Source: Lama glama
Taxonomy: Eukaryota
Direction of reading: 5' to 3'
Length of the DNA stretch: 64,000 bases
NCBI GenBank assembly: GCA_028534125.1
Contig: CM052816.1
Span: 81,656,001 to 81,720,000, forward strand
The position numbers were made by a program, and so were the translations under genes. The notes below the pieces were generated by a model. It saw only the letters and a list, made by a program, of their open reading frames with translations. It did no database searches and had not been told where the DNA came from. Of this stretch, positions 49,973 through 62,321 are shown in pieces. Position 1 is the first letter of the stretch; every line of letters begins with the position of its first letter.

Positions 49973-52561
49973 TCTCTAGTGTAAGATGAAGCGGTGGGAG
50001 AACTAGGTCAGGGTTATGTGAATGGCCGTTTGTGGCCTCAGATAAAAGGCCAAGTGACAGCACTATCCATGGATATAAAAACTGCTGTCTCTCAAATAAT
50101 AAAGATGGAAACAAAGGTGATAAACCCTGAAAAACTGATTTAGATGGTGTAAAATGTGGCTCTGAGTTTGATGCAAAACATGGCTCTACTTTATAAACTA
50201 TCTGAGTGGGAAAAGGAATATTCAAAATTAAAATATCATTTAATGTTTAAATGGGATTTTGAACATGTGTGAATTAATAAAGCAAATATTAGAGATGGAC
50301 ATGACTATTTCATGTATATTGCTATATTATTAGTATATATGATAGTATGTAATGGTATATAAATAGTATATATTATATACTATTTCATTTACATTCATGA
50401 TCATGTATATTTATGTTGGCTAAAAATGTTTCTGCAGATCTCTTGCTTATTTATGGAGATCATATTCTACTATGTACGGTAAAAGAAAATGTTCTTCTCT
50501 TTCTAATCAGCATAGAAAGTACAAACTGCTATCAAGAAATATCTTAAACCATATGTCTCTGCTCCCTTAAATCAGTGCTCTTATGACCCCATTCCTGCTT
50601 TGTGCTTAGCTTTCAAACAGAAATAAGCAGCATCAAACCAACATTAGAGTAAAATGGAGGAAAATGTACACTATCTTCATGTGTCTTCAATGTATGCAAT
50701 CTTTAAATGGATAAGGATGTTATGCAATTATTTTTACCTGATTCCTTCATTATGCCTCATTTTCTTGGGCATGGGAGGGAGGGAGACAGTACAAGCCAAC
50801 GAAAACAAGATTTTCTACATTCATACAGCATGGAACATGAAACACAGAAAATATTATATTTCAGAGTCTTCTCTCGTCTCTACTTCAATGGAAACAGAAG
50901 ATGAATTCAGCCAAATATTCCATGCCATGTAATTTCAGCGGTCCCCTTGAAGGAAATGCAACACTATCTTTGGCAGGCTTGTCAGCTGGAGCACAGCTGG
51001 ACACATACTGGAGTCAGCATGATGTGTATGACGTATGACAAAGAACTGACAGAGAACGCAAACAGTAAGGAGCGAGGCCATGCAAAACGCTAAGACGTGA
51101 TCATAACTAAACTGTCAGCAAAGACCGTCGCCCATTCCAGCAGAATAAAGCCTTTGTTAATCTTTTTCTCACTTCTGTTTGTCTCCAATTATAAACCTGT
51201 GCTAACCAAGCATTCTACCCAAATTAGATAGCTTGTACACTTTTCAAAGTTTAGACGTAATATTAAACATACTTCTTACTGGATATCTGACTATCCAAAT
51301 ATGGACAAGTCCAAACACTCTATTCAAGATATTATAAGCAACTTCTCCATTCATAGATTTCTCAGATCATTTATAAAACAAAACTAATTAGACGTCAGTA
51401 ACACGCGGTACATTTTACGTGGGTGGAATTTCAGTTAAAATGACCTTAATTTCACTCTGAGCAACACACTTACAATTAAAAACCAAGAAGAGTCACTAAA
51501 GTTAGCCTAAGAATTGAAAAAAAAAAAACAAACAACAGTTATAAAATAGTGCAGCGGTGTATAACCGCAATCTACTGAGGCAAAGAGGATGACAATAGGG
51601 AACAATAGGAAAACCTCCCCCACACTTCCAAAATCCAGTAATAAAAGTTACTTGGAGCAGAAGGGCCAAGTCCTCCAGACTCTGAATGGGTTGTTCACCA
51701 GAAATGCTGCAAATCAGTGCTGCCAAAAATCGGCATCATCAGAAGATACCCGATTTTTGAATACAGCTGCGTGTCCTCTGGGAAGCTCTCAGCCGGGAGG
51801 TATAACTTTGTCTTAGAAAGACACATTTCTGACCGAGAAGACTATGCAGAGAGCCAGCATGGGGTTATATTTAATGGATTTACTGAGGGGTCTACTGGGT
51901 TGGGAAATGCAAACATCTTTCAGCGGTAGATTGAACTCAAGCCTAAAGGGGCAAAATACAGGCCAGAAGCACGGGGGAAGATCCCACTAGCTGGCTTAGT
52001 TAGAAGAGGAAGGAGAGCAACCTCAGCACCCTCAGGATTTACGCAGAGAAGGCAAGAGATTATCTAATCACGTAAACTTAAGCTAGAACACCTGTAAAGT
52101 AGTGGAAAGGTCTGTTTTGTGTTCCTTCATCCATTAAAAAAGAAAGAAGGGACGCTGATGGGGTTTACTCCCCTAGGTAAAAGCAGACTCACCCGTATAA
52201 TTTTCTAGGCTAATTTAAAAGACAAGCAGCAACATTTAGTGGGGCTGCTTATACTTAATTCCAACTTCAGCTTTATCCAGGGTAATTCAGTGTAATTACA
52301 CCCAGGTACTTTATCTGTACCTTTCCCATTAACATTCATCATCTCCTATCTTGAGTTAAACTCTTTAAGCTCCAGTTCCATGTCTCAGCTACTAAGGGAT
52401 GATAACAGCAGTATTTACTGTTTTCTTCAAGCAATGTATTGGCATGTTTACAAATACCGGTTTATTCAAAAGGCCCTAGGAATACGGATCTACTATATCT
52501 CCTTGACATCAGCTATAACCAGCCTTACCCATAAGCAGCACTCAATAAATGCTTCAGGGGT

Positions 52562-52658
52562 GGGGTGGGTATAGCTCAGTGACAGAGCGCATGCTTAGCA
52601 CATACAAGGTCCTGGGTTCAATTCCCAGCTCCTCCATTAAAAGAAAAAAGAGAGAAAG
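52562..52658 (+). mobile_element. tRNA-derived SINE, camelid Vic-1-like (short form)
   Basis: ggggtgggtatagctcagtgacagagcgcatgcttagcacatacaaggtcctgggttcaattcccag followed by an A-rich tail. It appears to interrupt an L2 3' tail (cactcaataaatg). Confidence 0.88.
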
Positions 52659-53109
52659 CAAATGTTTGTTTACTGGATGCCTATTGATTGAATCAACATT
52701 TCCCTGATTTTTTTAAATATATAGTCAATAATATTTGTAGTGGCTGATTTCATTAAGCTAACATTTACCAATTTGTAATTTGTAGAAAGTTAAGATGTAG
52801 CAAGTTCTTATTATTAAGCTAATAAGAAATGGCAGAACTCAATGCTGAATAAATATCTCATGATAAAGACCTATTGGTTATTATTTTGCATTTTGTTGAT
52901 TTTAATTTTGGCTCATTAAAACAGACACACTTGAAACACAGTGCTTTAAAATATTCAAAACGTATTTTTCACTAATTTGGAATGACTTTTCCTTTCCCAG
53001 TTATTCTCGTTTCATCCCTAACTTATAACACTTCATTTTTATTTTTGAATTATAAGAGTGTTTTTCTAAATCCAAGTCCCCTTACCAGATACATGATTTG
53101 CAAATTCGC

Positions 53110-54090
53110 CTGCAGAGAATTGAAGTTGGACCCTGTCCTTACACCAGACACAAAAATTAACTCAAAATGGATGAGACCTAAATATAAGAGCTAGAATTAT
53201 ATTTTTAAAAACCTAACAACTCAACAATAAACAGACAACCCAAAAGAAAAACAGGCAAAGGACTTGAAGAGATAGTTCTGCACAGGAGATACAAAAACAG
53301 ACAGCAAGCACAGGAAAAGATGCTCAGTATCATTAGTCACCAGGGAAAGGCCAATCCAACCCACAGTAAGATACTGCTTCACACCCACTAGGACGACTGC
53401 AATAAAAAAGGGCAGATAGTGAGTGCCGTGAGGATGTGGAGAAATTGGAACCCTCAAGCATGCATGACCGGTGGGAATGTAAAACAGTGCAGCCGCTTTG
53501 GAAAAGTTAAGCAGTTATTCAGAAATGTTAAACATGGAATTATGTGACCCAGCAATTCTACTCTGAAGTTTATGCCCAGGAGGTAAGAAAACGTATGTCC
53601 ACAAGGACTTACGGAAGTTCACAGCGGCATTATTCAAATAGCCAAAAAAGTGGAAACAACCCAAATATCCACCAACTGATATAGACAGATAAAAGGCGGT
53701 ATATCCACAAGCCGGACTATTATTTGGTTATAAAAAGAGACGATGTGCTAATAAACGCAACAACATGGATGAATCTTGGAAACGTTATACTAAGTGAAAG
53801 AAGTCAGTCACAAAAGACCACATACCATATGATTCAATTTATCTGAAATAGCCAGAATAGAAAATTTATAGAGACAGAAAGTAAATGAGTGGTTGCCAGG
53901 GGCCTGGGAGACTGGGGGGACATGGGGAGTGACTGCCTAATGGATATGGGATTCCTTTCCAGGGGAGGGAGGGTAAGAATGTTCTAAAATTAGACAGTGG
54001 AGATGCCTGCACAATTCTAGACATACTAAAAACCATTTAACTGTAGGCTTTAAATGGGTGAATTGTATGTTTAAAAAACAAAAACAAAAC
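53110..54090 (+). mobile_element. L1 (L1MB-like) ORF2 end and 3' UTR, about 1 kb
   Basis: acacaaaaattaactcaaaatggat, aagatgctcagtatcattagtca, gaggatgtggagaaattggaaccctc, atagccaaaaaagtggaaacaacccaaat, ending in an A-rich tail. Confidence 0.92.
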
Positions 54091-55309
54091 CTCCTAGGAG
54101 GGCAGATGTAGGCACGTGGGTTCTGTAACACTCTGTTCCTCACTAAGGCACTGAAGATCGCTTGAGGGGAAATATTAACTTCTCAAATTTTAAACAGGCA
54201 AAATCAAGATCAACTGAAACTAACCTAGGTGCTAAAGTCACCCACCTACTCTTGCAGCAGTGAACTTAAGTGTGCACTTTAAACACTTGGCAGGTGGAAA
54301 GTTCTCAGAAAGGTCAGCTCCTGCCTCCAATTCCCCATACCCTTTTCTAAACTGGCTAGTGTTTGGGCAAAGAAAGATAAAATTATCAAGCTATTTCTTA
54401 AAATAAGAATGGTAATAATTTGTTCAGGATGATTTATAAACACACATTTTACTAGAAAATTGGTAAAATAATCTCTCTAGGCATTCTTGCTGTTTTTTAT
54501 TTTTCTTCTCCTCAACTCCTCATTCCCACACAGAGCTTGAGGCCCAGAAAAAGGAGATTATTTAGTTTCTTTATTCCAAGGAGTAGGGGGTCCATATAAG
54601 TGCATCCATTATATAGATAAAGAAACAAAAGTTCAGGGCCGTAACACCACCTGTTCCTCAAGGTCATAATTAAGACAGATGACTTCAGCCATCCTGGAGG
54701 GTCACATATTCTTCTACCTTAGAAATAACTGAACAGCATCTTACATGTGAAATCACTTAATTATGGCCTCCTGTCTCTGCATTTCCTCTTGGCAGGGCCT
54801 TGCATCCTCAGGCCAAGGCAGGCAGATGCCCAGCAACAGGAACAAAGCGGAGAGTGTTAAAGGCTGGCTGGACCTGTAGCAGCAGCCCACGTCCACCCCT
54901 CTACCCCGCCTCACCTTCCTCCAGAGAACAGACCGCGCCTTGGGCAGTGGAGCTGACCCCTCCTTCTAGGCCCCAAACCCTTTGCTTGTCACCTTCAGGT
55001 AAGGGAGGAAGTCTGACTTCCAACAGCAACAACCCAGTGAGCTCTTTACAATTCTGTCTACATGGAGATGGCTTTCCATATAGGAAGGGTAGGAGTCAGC
55101 AAATTCACACATCAGCTCAGCCCACATCGCATGTGATCAAGAGTGTTTCCCGACTGCCTGATGCAACCCAGGACAGGGGAGGGCTGGTACCCCAGTGCAG
55201 TCTCCCCTCCCTGGAATCTTCACCAAGAGGAGCCACCAGAGGGGGCTGAGGGAAGGACACACAAGCACAATTGCCCGCCCTTGGCCACACGAGAACTCCC
55301 AGCAACCAA

Positions 55310-55510
55310 GGTTTACTCCATCATTTACCGTGTGCTCTGCGCTCTTAGGTGCATTCTTTCATTTAAGTCCGGCAACAAATCTGAGTGGGAGGCACAGTCG
55401 TTATTCTCAGTTTATATATAAACCCACTTGGCGAAGCTAAATAACACTCCCAAGGCTACCAAGCCAGTACGCGGTAGGAACGTGATGAGATTCAGGACCT
55501 TGAAGCCAAC
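55310..55510 (-). mobile_element. MIR fragment
   Basis: catttaccgtgtgctc...tttcatttaagtcc...ctcccaaggctac. Confidence 0.5.
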
Positions 55511-57672
55511 ACTGTTACTCACAGAGGGTAGGAGTCGCTGATCCTGACACCAGACGCTCAATAGGAGCCGACCTACCAGGACGATGCCAGAAGTCTGCTA
55601 GAAAAGAGGCTCCACCTATCCCTATAGGACTAACCCAAAAAGCCATCCCGGGTAAGCTGTTTAGTGAGTTCCCACACGTTTGAAGGAAACTTCAACACGG
55701 AGCTAGGGAGGGCTGGGCTGGGAGAGAGTTGGCTCAGCAAACCTCAGTGGCCACGCAGTGTGGAAGGGGGGCGCTCAGCTTGGAGGAACCCGGGGTAAAG
55801 CAGCCCTTTGAGAGGCTTTCTGCATCAAAGCAGGGAAGCCCCTGCCTCCACTAAGCATCCTTGACAAGGAGTGACCTGGCAGTGCCGGGGTTTTATTTAC
55901 TCCATCAGCTGAGCTTTGCTCCTGGCAATCGGCTGGAAGAGCCTCTTCCGCTCCTCTTTGCCTAGGACTTCACTGCAAAGGACTCACTGTCCTAAAGCCT
56001 CGATTTCCACCTGTATCTCCATGCTTTTACCAGAGGTCAAGTACGATGTGCAATTGACGTGCTGAACTGAGAGATGGATAAGTCTACAGCGACAGCCACG
56101 GTCCACTGAGAAACCAGGATTTGAACTTCACCGATTCTGAGTGCTATCATACTCTATACTTTGGGGGGTATGATTTATTTAGTTCTTCACTAAATAAAAT
56201 ACCTATAATATAGTCAACCCCAGGGCGGAAACAAATGACAAAGAATCTCCACCCTCAACAGCTAAAGACAAAAGACACACATGTGGAACAATGGTCACGC
56301 AAAACGAGAGATTACATCATTCGAATGTTTTACAGCAGCTTTCTGAACTAAACTAGATTGTGATTGGCTGGTAGTTGGGGACTTTATGCACACTACTTCC
56401 TCATCTGGCCTAGCCCCAGAAAAAGAAACCATTTTCACACGGATAGAAGGTGTCTGATAACACTGGGGGAAGATGAGGAGTCTAGAGGTCAGTCATAATT
56501 GGGGTCTTCAGTGCAAGCCCGCCAGAGTGTCTTCTGAACACACACCACTCCTGCTCACGTCGGAACATCAAACGATGTACAGGAGACTAACAGAGGTGCG
56601 CACAGCACTCCAAGGGCTGGGAGGTAAACATGATCACACGGAAAGGTGGGGAACATGACAGAGCAGCCCCAGCTGCCCACAGATTCTCCAAAGGCAGGAA
56701 CCTGGTTTTTAAGCTGTGATAATTTCCCAGAAGTATCTTCTATTCCAGCTTGACACAGTCCTGGGGCCCTAAATTCCAGGTGGGAGCTATTCCATTGGTT
56801 TAGGTGCTATTTCAGAAAGTATTTAAAAATATAAATATGTTTCTGCAGGAGGGAAAATACTGAACCCTGCCTTTTCCACACATGAATAATCTATAGGCCC
56901 ATTTTAAAGAAAAAAAAATCTTATCAGACCCCACTGTACAAGACCTTCTTTTAAGTATTACTGGCTTAAGAAGATAAAATCTTATTTAATTAATTCCTTC
57001 AGTTGTAAATATTGCTGCAAAAGAGTTTTTTCTGAGCAATAGGCAAAAGATTTTTTAAAAGATTCTTGTCATGAACACTTTTAAAAATTCTCATGCAACT
57101 CTAAAGATTCAGAAACCCTTGTTTGAGAATCATGGCTTTAATTTATTTAATAGTTTCTATTGAACTAATATCCAGCTCCCAGCGAGGGATTTAGCATGCA
57201 ATAGGTATTCAATACACTTTTTTCTGAGTGGATGAATTTATATGATTAGAGACAGGAGCTGGGCAGAGTCCACTGCCCGCGTGGGCAAGTCCAGGCAGGC
57301 ACCACACTGTGACCCTGGGCAGCTGGGTTTAAGAAAGAACCACAAGAGAGTATCAAATAGAAATTCAATGAGGCAACTACATCACCTAGGATGGGCTAAC
57401 TGCTGGGCTAACTGCCTGAGGTGGCCACCAGGACACTGGCTGTTGAGGATAACAAACCATTTCCTTGGTCCACAGAAGCCACTACGCACACACATACACT
57501 CTACACCCAGCATAGTAGTTATTTTTTACCTTGCAGTCACAGCACCTGGGAGGTGTCACAGAGAACGTCAGAGGCAAGCCTGGTCACCTGGTCCCATGGA
57601 AAAACGGCAGGATCTGAAGTTTGCCAGCTGTGGATCCTGCCATTTACTGGGTCTGTGTCCTTGGGCACATTT

Positions 57673-57796
57673 TTCTTTTCGGGGGGTGGGTAATTAAGGT
57701 TATATATTTATTATTAGAGGTCCTAGAGATTGAACCCAGGACCTCCTGCATGCTAATAAGCATGTGCTCTACCACTGAGATATACCTTCTTCCCAT
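57673..57796 (-). mobile_element. tRNA-derived SINE, camelid Vic-1-like, nested in a MIR (about 57600-57930)
   Basis: gattgaacccaggacctcctgcatgcta...gcatgtgctctaccactgagatatacc is the reverse complement of the SINE head. Exact 13-bp TSD cttgggcacattt at 57660-57672 and 57797-57809. Confidence 0.9.
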
Positions 57797-60700
57797 CTTG
57801 GGCACATTTCTTAAATTCCAACTTATAGTCTCCTCTTTCGTAAAGCAGAGCAAACAGCTATGTCCTAGTGTTGTTGGATGGATTACACGTGAGAGAGTCT
57901 GCAAAAGGCCCGGGCACATGGCTGCCAGTTCACAACACTGGTCACCTCGCAGGGGCAGGAGGACAGAGCCTATTGTCCACAGTAATGGAGAAGAAACAGC
58001 TCAGGATGGGAAAGAGGCCTGAGGCCAGTCCCTGCTGCTCAGGCAGAAACACGAGTCTGCCGGGTGGGGCTAGATGCTGACGGGAAGTGAGGAGAGGAAA
58101 AGGCAGAGCTGCCTTCTCCAGAGAGGGATGTATATTTTGGGGCTGACTGAAAATAAAGAAAGGGAGTTTATCACACATTCATGTGAGTTTCCAGACAGAA
58201 TTTACAGTCATTCCATTGGCTCAAATTGAGAAGATCCTCTTTCCGACACACCCTGACATCCCAGCAGAAGACGTGCTGGTGAGCCAAAAGTGACTTGGCA
58301 AAAGGGAAGAGGGGGAACGCCAGGGACAAAGCACATGTGCTACCAGTGAAGTGGACTGAGAACAGGGCGATGAGATAACAAGCTCCTGAAAGCCTCTCCA
58401 GCATCTGAGTTACCCTTTGGTTTGCCTCCTGGAACACTTCCCTCATCCATTATCAGGGATTCATTGGCCAGAGGGTAGAGCCAGACTCAGGACACGGTCT
58501 TTCAATCCACCAGGTCTCACCGGCTCATCCCATACTTAATTTCACACTATAATAAAGCCAGAATAAAATGAAACTGGGATGTGCTACAATGATAACTATA
58601 CTATTATAAGGATGCATGTGGATAGGGGTCTGGAAAAGCCTGGAAAAGCAAAATAATTGATATGTATTAGGTGGCAAAATTAAGGAAAATTATCCCTTAA
58701 ATTTTTTTTAATTGTTCTGGTCTTATTAATGCAATGTGTAAAAGCTGAGAAGGGAAAAAACATTAAGTCAGGAACCGTCCAACCGCATCCATGCCACTTA
58801 GCCTAAGGAGAGGAATTTGGACCAAGACCACTGCTGAGATCACACACCCCATCACGCCAGACTTCCCACCCATTTGAGTGTAGTCTTGAGATCAGGGGAC
58901 TGAGAGGCTTAAGATTAAATTTCTTTTGGTCAAAACTTTAATGCAAATTTCACCTACACACAGCATCCTTATAATGCTCCGTGCTGATCTCAAACTAGAC
59001 TTGAGAATTTTTTGGTCTATACAACTTCCTGCTAACAAATACCTAAATCAGCGTTTTCTAACTAGTCTGAAATGTTTAGTAGCTCTGCAGCACACAGACA
59101 TGCCCACATCCCTGCTGAGGAACTAAATGGTCCCCAGTAGACAGAGGAGACTAGGATGAGAGCCTACACAGCCTGGCTTATACCTTCAGACGTAACTGAT
59201 CACCTCACATTTACTTCACTAGTAAGTCATCTATGTCCATTAAAATTCACTACCCACATATTTCACATGTTTAAGGGTTTTCAGGGGTTTTTTGTTTGTT
59301 CGTTTTAAACACAAACCACAGTCAATGCTGGACTAGGCAGTAATCTGGGTATAGGATGATCTTAAGGATGACTCTTGGAATACAGCCTTCACTCGTATGT
59401 GACTCAGCCGAAGCCTATAAAAATAACCCCAACAAGGGCCAGTCACAAGGCCCCTCCTGCTCAGTGGATGCAGGTTCCAGAGTCCCAAGCTTCCTTTGCC
59501 CCTGCTTCCTTCTGGAAAATGCCCTCACCCTTTCCGTTGCCTCCCCCCACCCCCATACCTTGTTCACACCCCTGTTTCAATAGTCATGCCGTAGTATTAC
59601 CTTTGCTTATACACCTGTCTCCCAGCCAGACTGCGAGTTCCTTGTGAGGAGAAACTAGGCCTTCTTCACCTGTGTGCACCCTGACTCGAGCACGGTGCCT
59701 GCAACACAGCAGATGCTCCACCTGCCCTGTTTTCCTTGGGGCATCCTGGTTAAAATGAGCCCAGCGGAATGTTTAGTGCCCCCTTTTACTCGAAGGGCAC
59801 TGGTGTGTATGATAAATCCTATAACCACCCTATCAGTAAACAGGAGATGAATGCTGGCTGTCGGTTTTATGAAATCTGTGTGTTTGTTTTGAAAGTCATC
59901 CTCCCCTTGTCTGCCATGGTTACCATAGGTAGATGGGCAGGGATGTCGCTGGGTGGATGGATGGGGAGGAGATGACCAGACAGACCGACTCTGAGAAGCA
60001 GGTAATCCAGAAGTAAGTTTTGCTAAGAATTTGCAAGCATGATGGGTAGCTTTGATTTGTCACAGCAGATTTACCTTCTAGTCCACCCTTTGACAGCAGG
60101 ACAGGGATTCTGTTCCTCTGGGCACACTGGCATGCTGTGGGCCTGGGGGAGGCTGCTTACGGCTAGAGTGTGCTAGGGGCAGTGGGGAAAGCCGCCCTGG
60201 CATTAAGCCCACGCCACGATGACTGAGAATCCATAGTGTAGGCCAGTGTTCACTGTCCCAGTCTGGACGGCACTGCGCTGGGCCCAGCGTCCTGTCCACG
60301 AAGTGGACCCTTCTCCCCAGGTGCCCCTGAGAAACGGGAAAACCCCTGAGCTTTTATTCCAGTCCTCAAGGATGAGGTGAAGTAGCAAGAAGCAGAGGCG
60401 GCAAGGATGGAGCTGGAGCCAATTAAGGGACTTGGCGTTTGGGGCTCTGGTTTACAAAGCAGCCAGGGCGTGTTAATACCATTGCCAGGAGCACCGGTAA
60501 AGTCAGGATTATCCAAGCATACGCCGCTTGTCCTGGGCTCTGGCCCTTTTACAGCGCCTTAAGGACAGGAAGGCTAGAACCGCAGGTCCCCGCGGGTCGT
60601 TCCCCACTTGTAATCGTCAGAGAGAGGGCTGCAGAAAGGAGGCCGACGGGAGGGGAGCCACTCCACCTGTCTGGCCCATTTCCTCTGGTTCCAGAGAAAC

Positions 60701-60894
60701 CCCTCCTTGGATTTAAGGACCCAGAGGGATTTCCCAACTCTCCCTGCTCATTAAGCCTGTTTGATTTTAAAGGAGAAGATTAAGTACACAGCCCACAGCC
60801 AAGATTCCAGATGTTGTGGTCGGGGTCCCCTGCTAAGAAGTGCTTCTAATTAACATCTAACGCTGGGCTCCCAGGGGCTGTCAGAGGTGGGAGT

Positions 60895-61090
60895 CCAGGC
60901 AGAAGGGCCCTGGCTCTAGTCCCAGCTCTGCTATTTTTATTAGTCAAAGATCTGAGCCCCTCATTTGGCTCCTCTGGGCCTCGGTTTCTTCATTTTTTTT
61001 CCTACTGGGAGTAGACTGTCTACCAAAGCTCCACCCGACACGAGCAGGCTGTGAAGGTCAAAGGCGATAAGCTCAGAGTTCTTCCGAAAA
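60895..61090 (+). mobile_element. MIR fragment
   Basis: ggctctagtcccagctctgct...cctctgggcctcggtttcttcat. Confidence 0.65.
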
Positions 61091-61109
61091 GGCAAGAAAG
61101 CCCTTCAGA

Positions 61110-61282
61110 GCTCTTCTGTCCGATGTGATGCCCTTACTTAAAACTTTAAAATTCGATTCTTTGGTCACACTAGCCACATTCCAAGGGCTCAACAGCTATG
61201 AGAGTGTGGCTAGTGGCTACCATATTGGGCACCGCAGATGGAGAACACTGCCATCATCTGGAAAGTTCTGTGGGACAGCATG
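61110..61282. mobile_element. MER3/MER33-like hAT-Charlie element
   Basis: gtcacactagccacattccaagggctcaacagc...gtggctagtggctaccatattgg...gaaagttctgtgggacagc. Confidence 0.8.
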
Positions 61283-62291
61283 GCTCTCAAGCCTCTTGGA
61301 ATTCTCTCCACAAAAAATTGAGGTGATCACTCCAGCCCTGTCAAATGCTCAGGAAGACAACGGTCCTCGTGTGTTTTCATGCCTACAAAGAGAGAAGCCC
61401 TTTATATCGACATAGTAGGGCCACAACCAGGCTCTCTTCCAAATTCTTCAAAGAAAGCGGCAGAGCATTTCTTCCCAACACATAAAACAGGCCCTGGCAA
61501 AGGGAGACTTTTCTTCACAGCTCCCCTGCCGGCTCTACTCAGATCGCCCTTTCAGACCTAATCTATTATTTACACAGTCCTCCTTTTTAAGAAAATGCAT
61601 TTTTCAGACATTTTCTCCACAGGACTGTTACATCTGTGAGAATCCAGGGACCAGGAAGACTTAGCCACTTCGTTCCCACCTGCCTGACAGTCCCTTCCAC
61701 CCAAAAAGGGCCAACTTGATCTATTTAACAAAACAAAAGGACATAATCCTGGGGGGGGGGGTAGGTAAGTGTTAAAAGCATTCCAAAAGAAAATGGCCCA
61801 AAACAGAAGCTCCTCCTCCAATCTGTTCCTCATCAGCCAAGGATTTATTGGCTCTTACAGTAAATTAATCAATTGCCAAGAGAACGTAAAGCCTGGGTTC
61901 CAATGTAAACAGTTGTTGGTTAACAATCCTTCAGCGTGACACTTTGGATTTCAAGTGACTGGGTGGCCTTCCGAACGCCTCATTAAATGGCAACTTTATA
62001 GCATTAAAGAGGAAAAGGCTCTGGGATTTTCCTTACAAATGTATAAATTAGGCTTTTCAAAGACAAACAGTAGAACAATTCACAACATGTGTGTGATGGG
62101 AGAAGCGAGGAGGAGGGTCCAGCAAACTGAGGAAGGAGAAACTGAGAAGCAGAGAGGTTGGTCTGGACCTTTCCCTGCCTCAGTGCATTAGGGGATCTTG
62201 ACTCTGGACATTAAGTTACCCCCAACATTTGTTTGGCCATCATCAAAGGGGACTCCTCTCCCAAACGGTGAGGTCCTAGCCCTGTATGCCA

Positions 62292-62321
62292 GCACGTGTG
62301 TGTGCGCGCGTGTGTGTGTAC
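62292..62321. repeat. 30-bp alternating purine-pyrimidine tract, (GT)n(GC)n(GT)n
   Basis: gcacgtgtgtgtgcgcgcgtgtgtgtgtac. Confidence 0.9.

Noticed and set aside
25269..58948. Five octamer (ATGCAAAT) matches plus scattered AP-1, CRE (38161) and ARE-like (59399) motifs
   Set aside because: They are dispersed, and counts are close to chance expectation for 7-10-mers in 64 kb.
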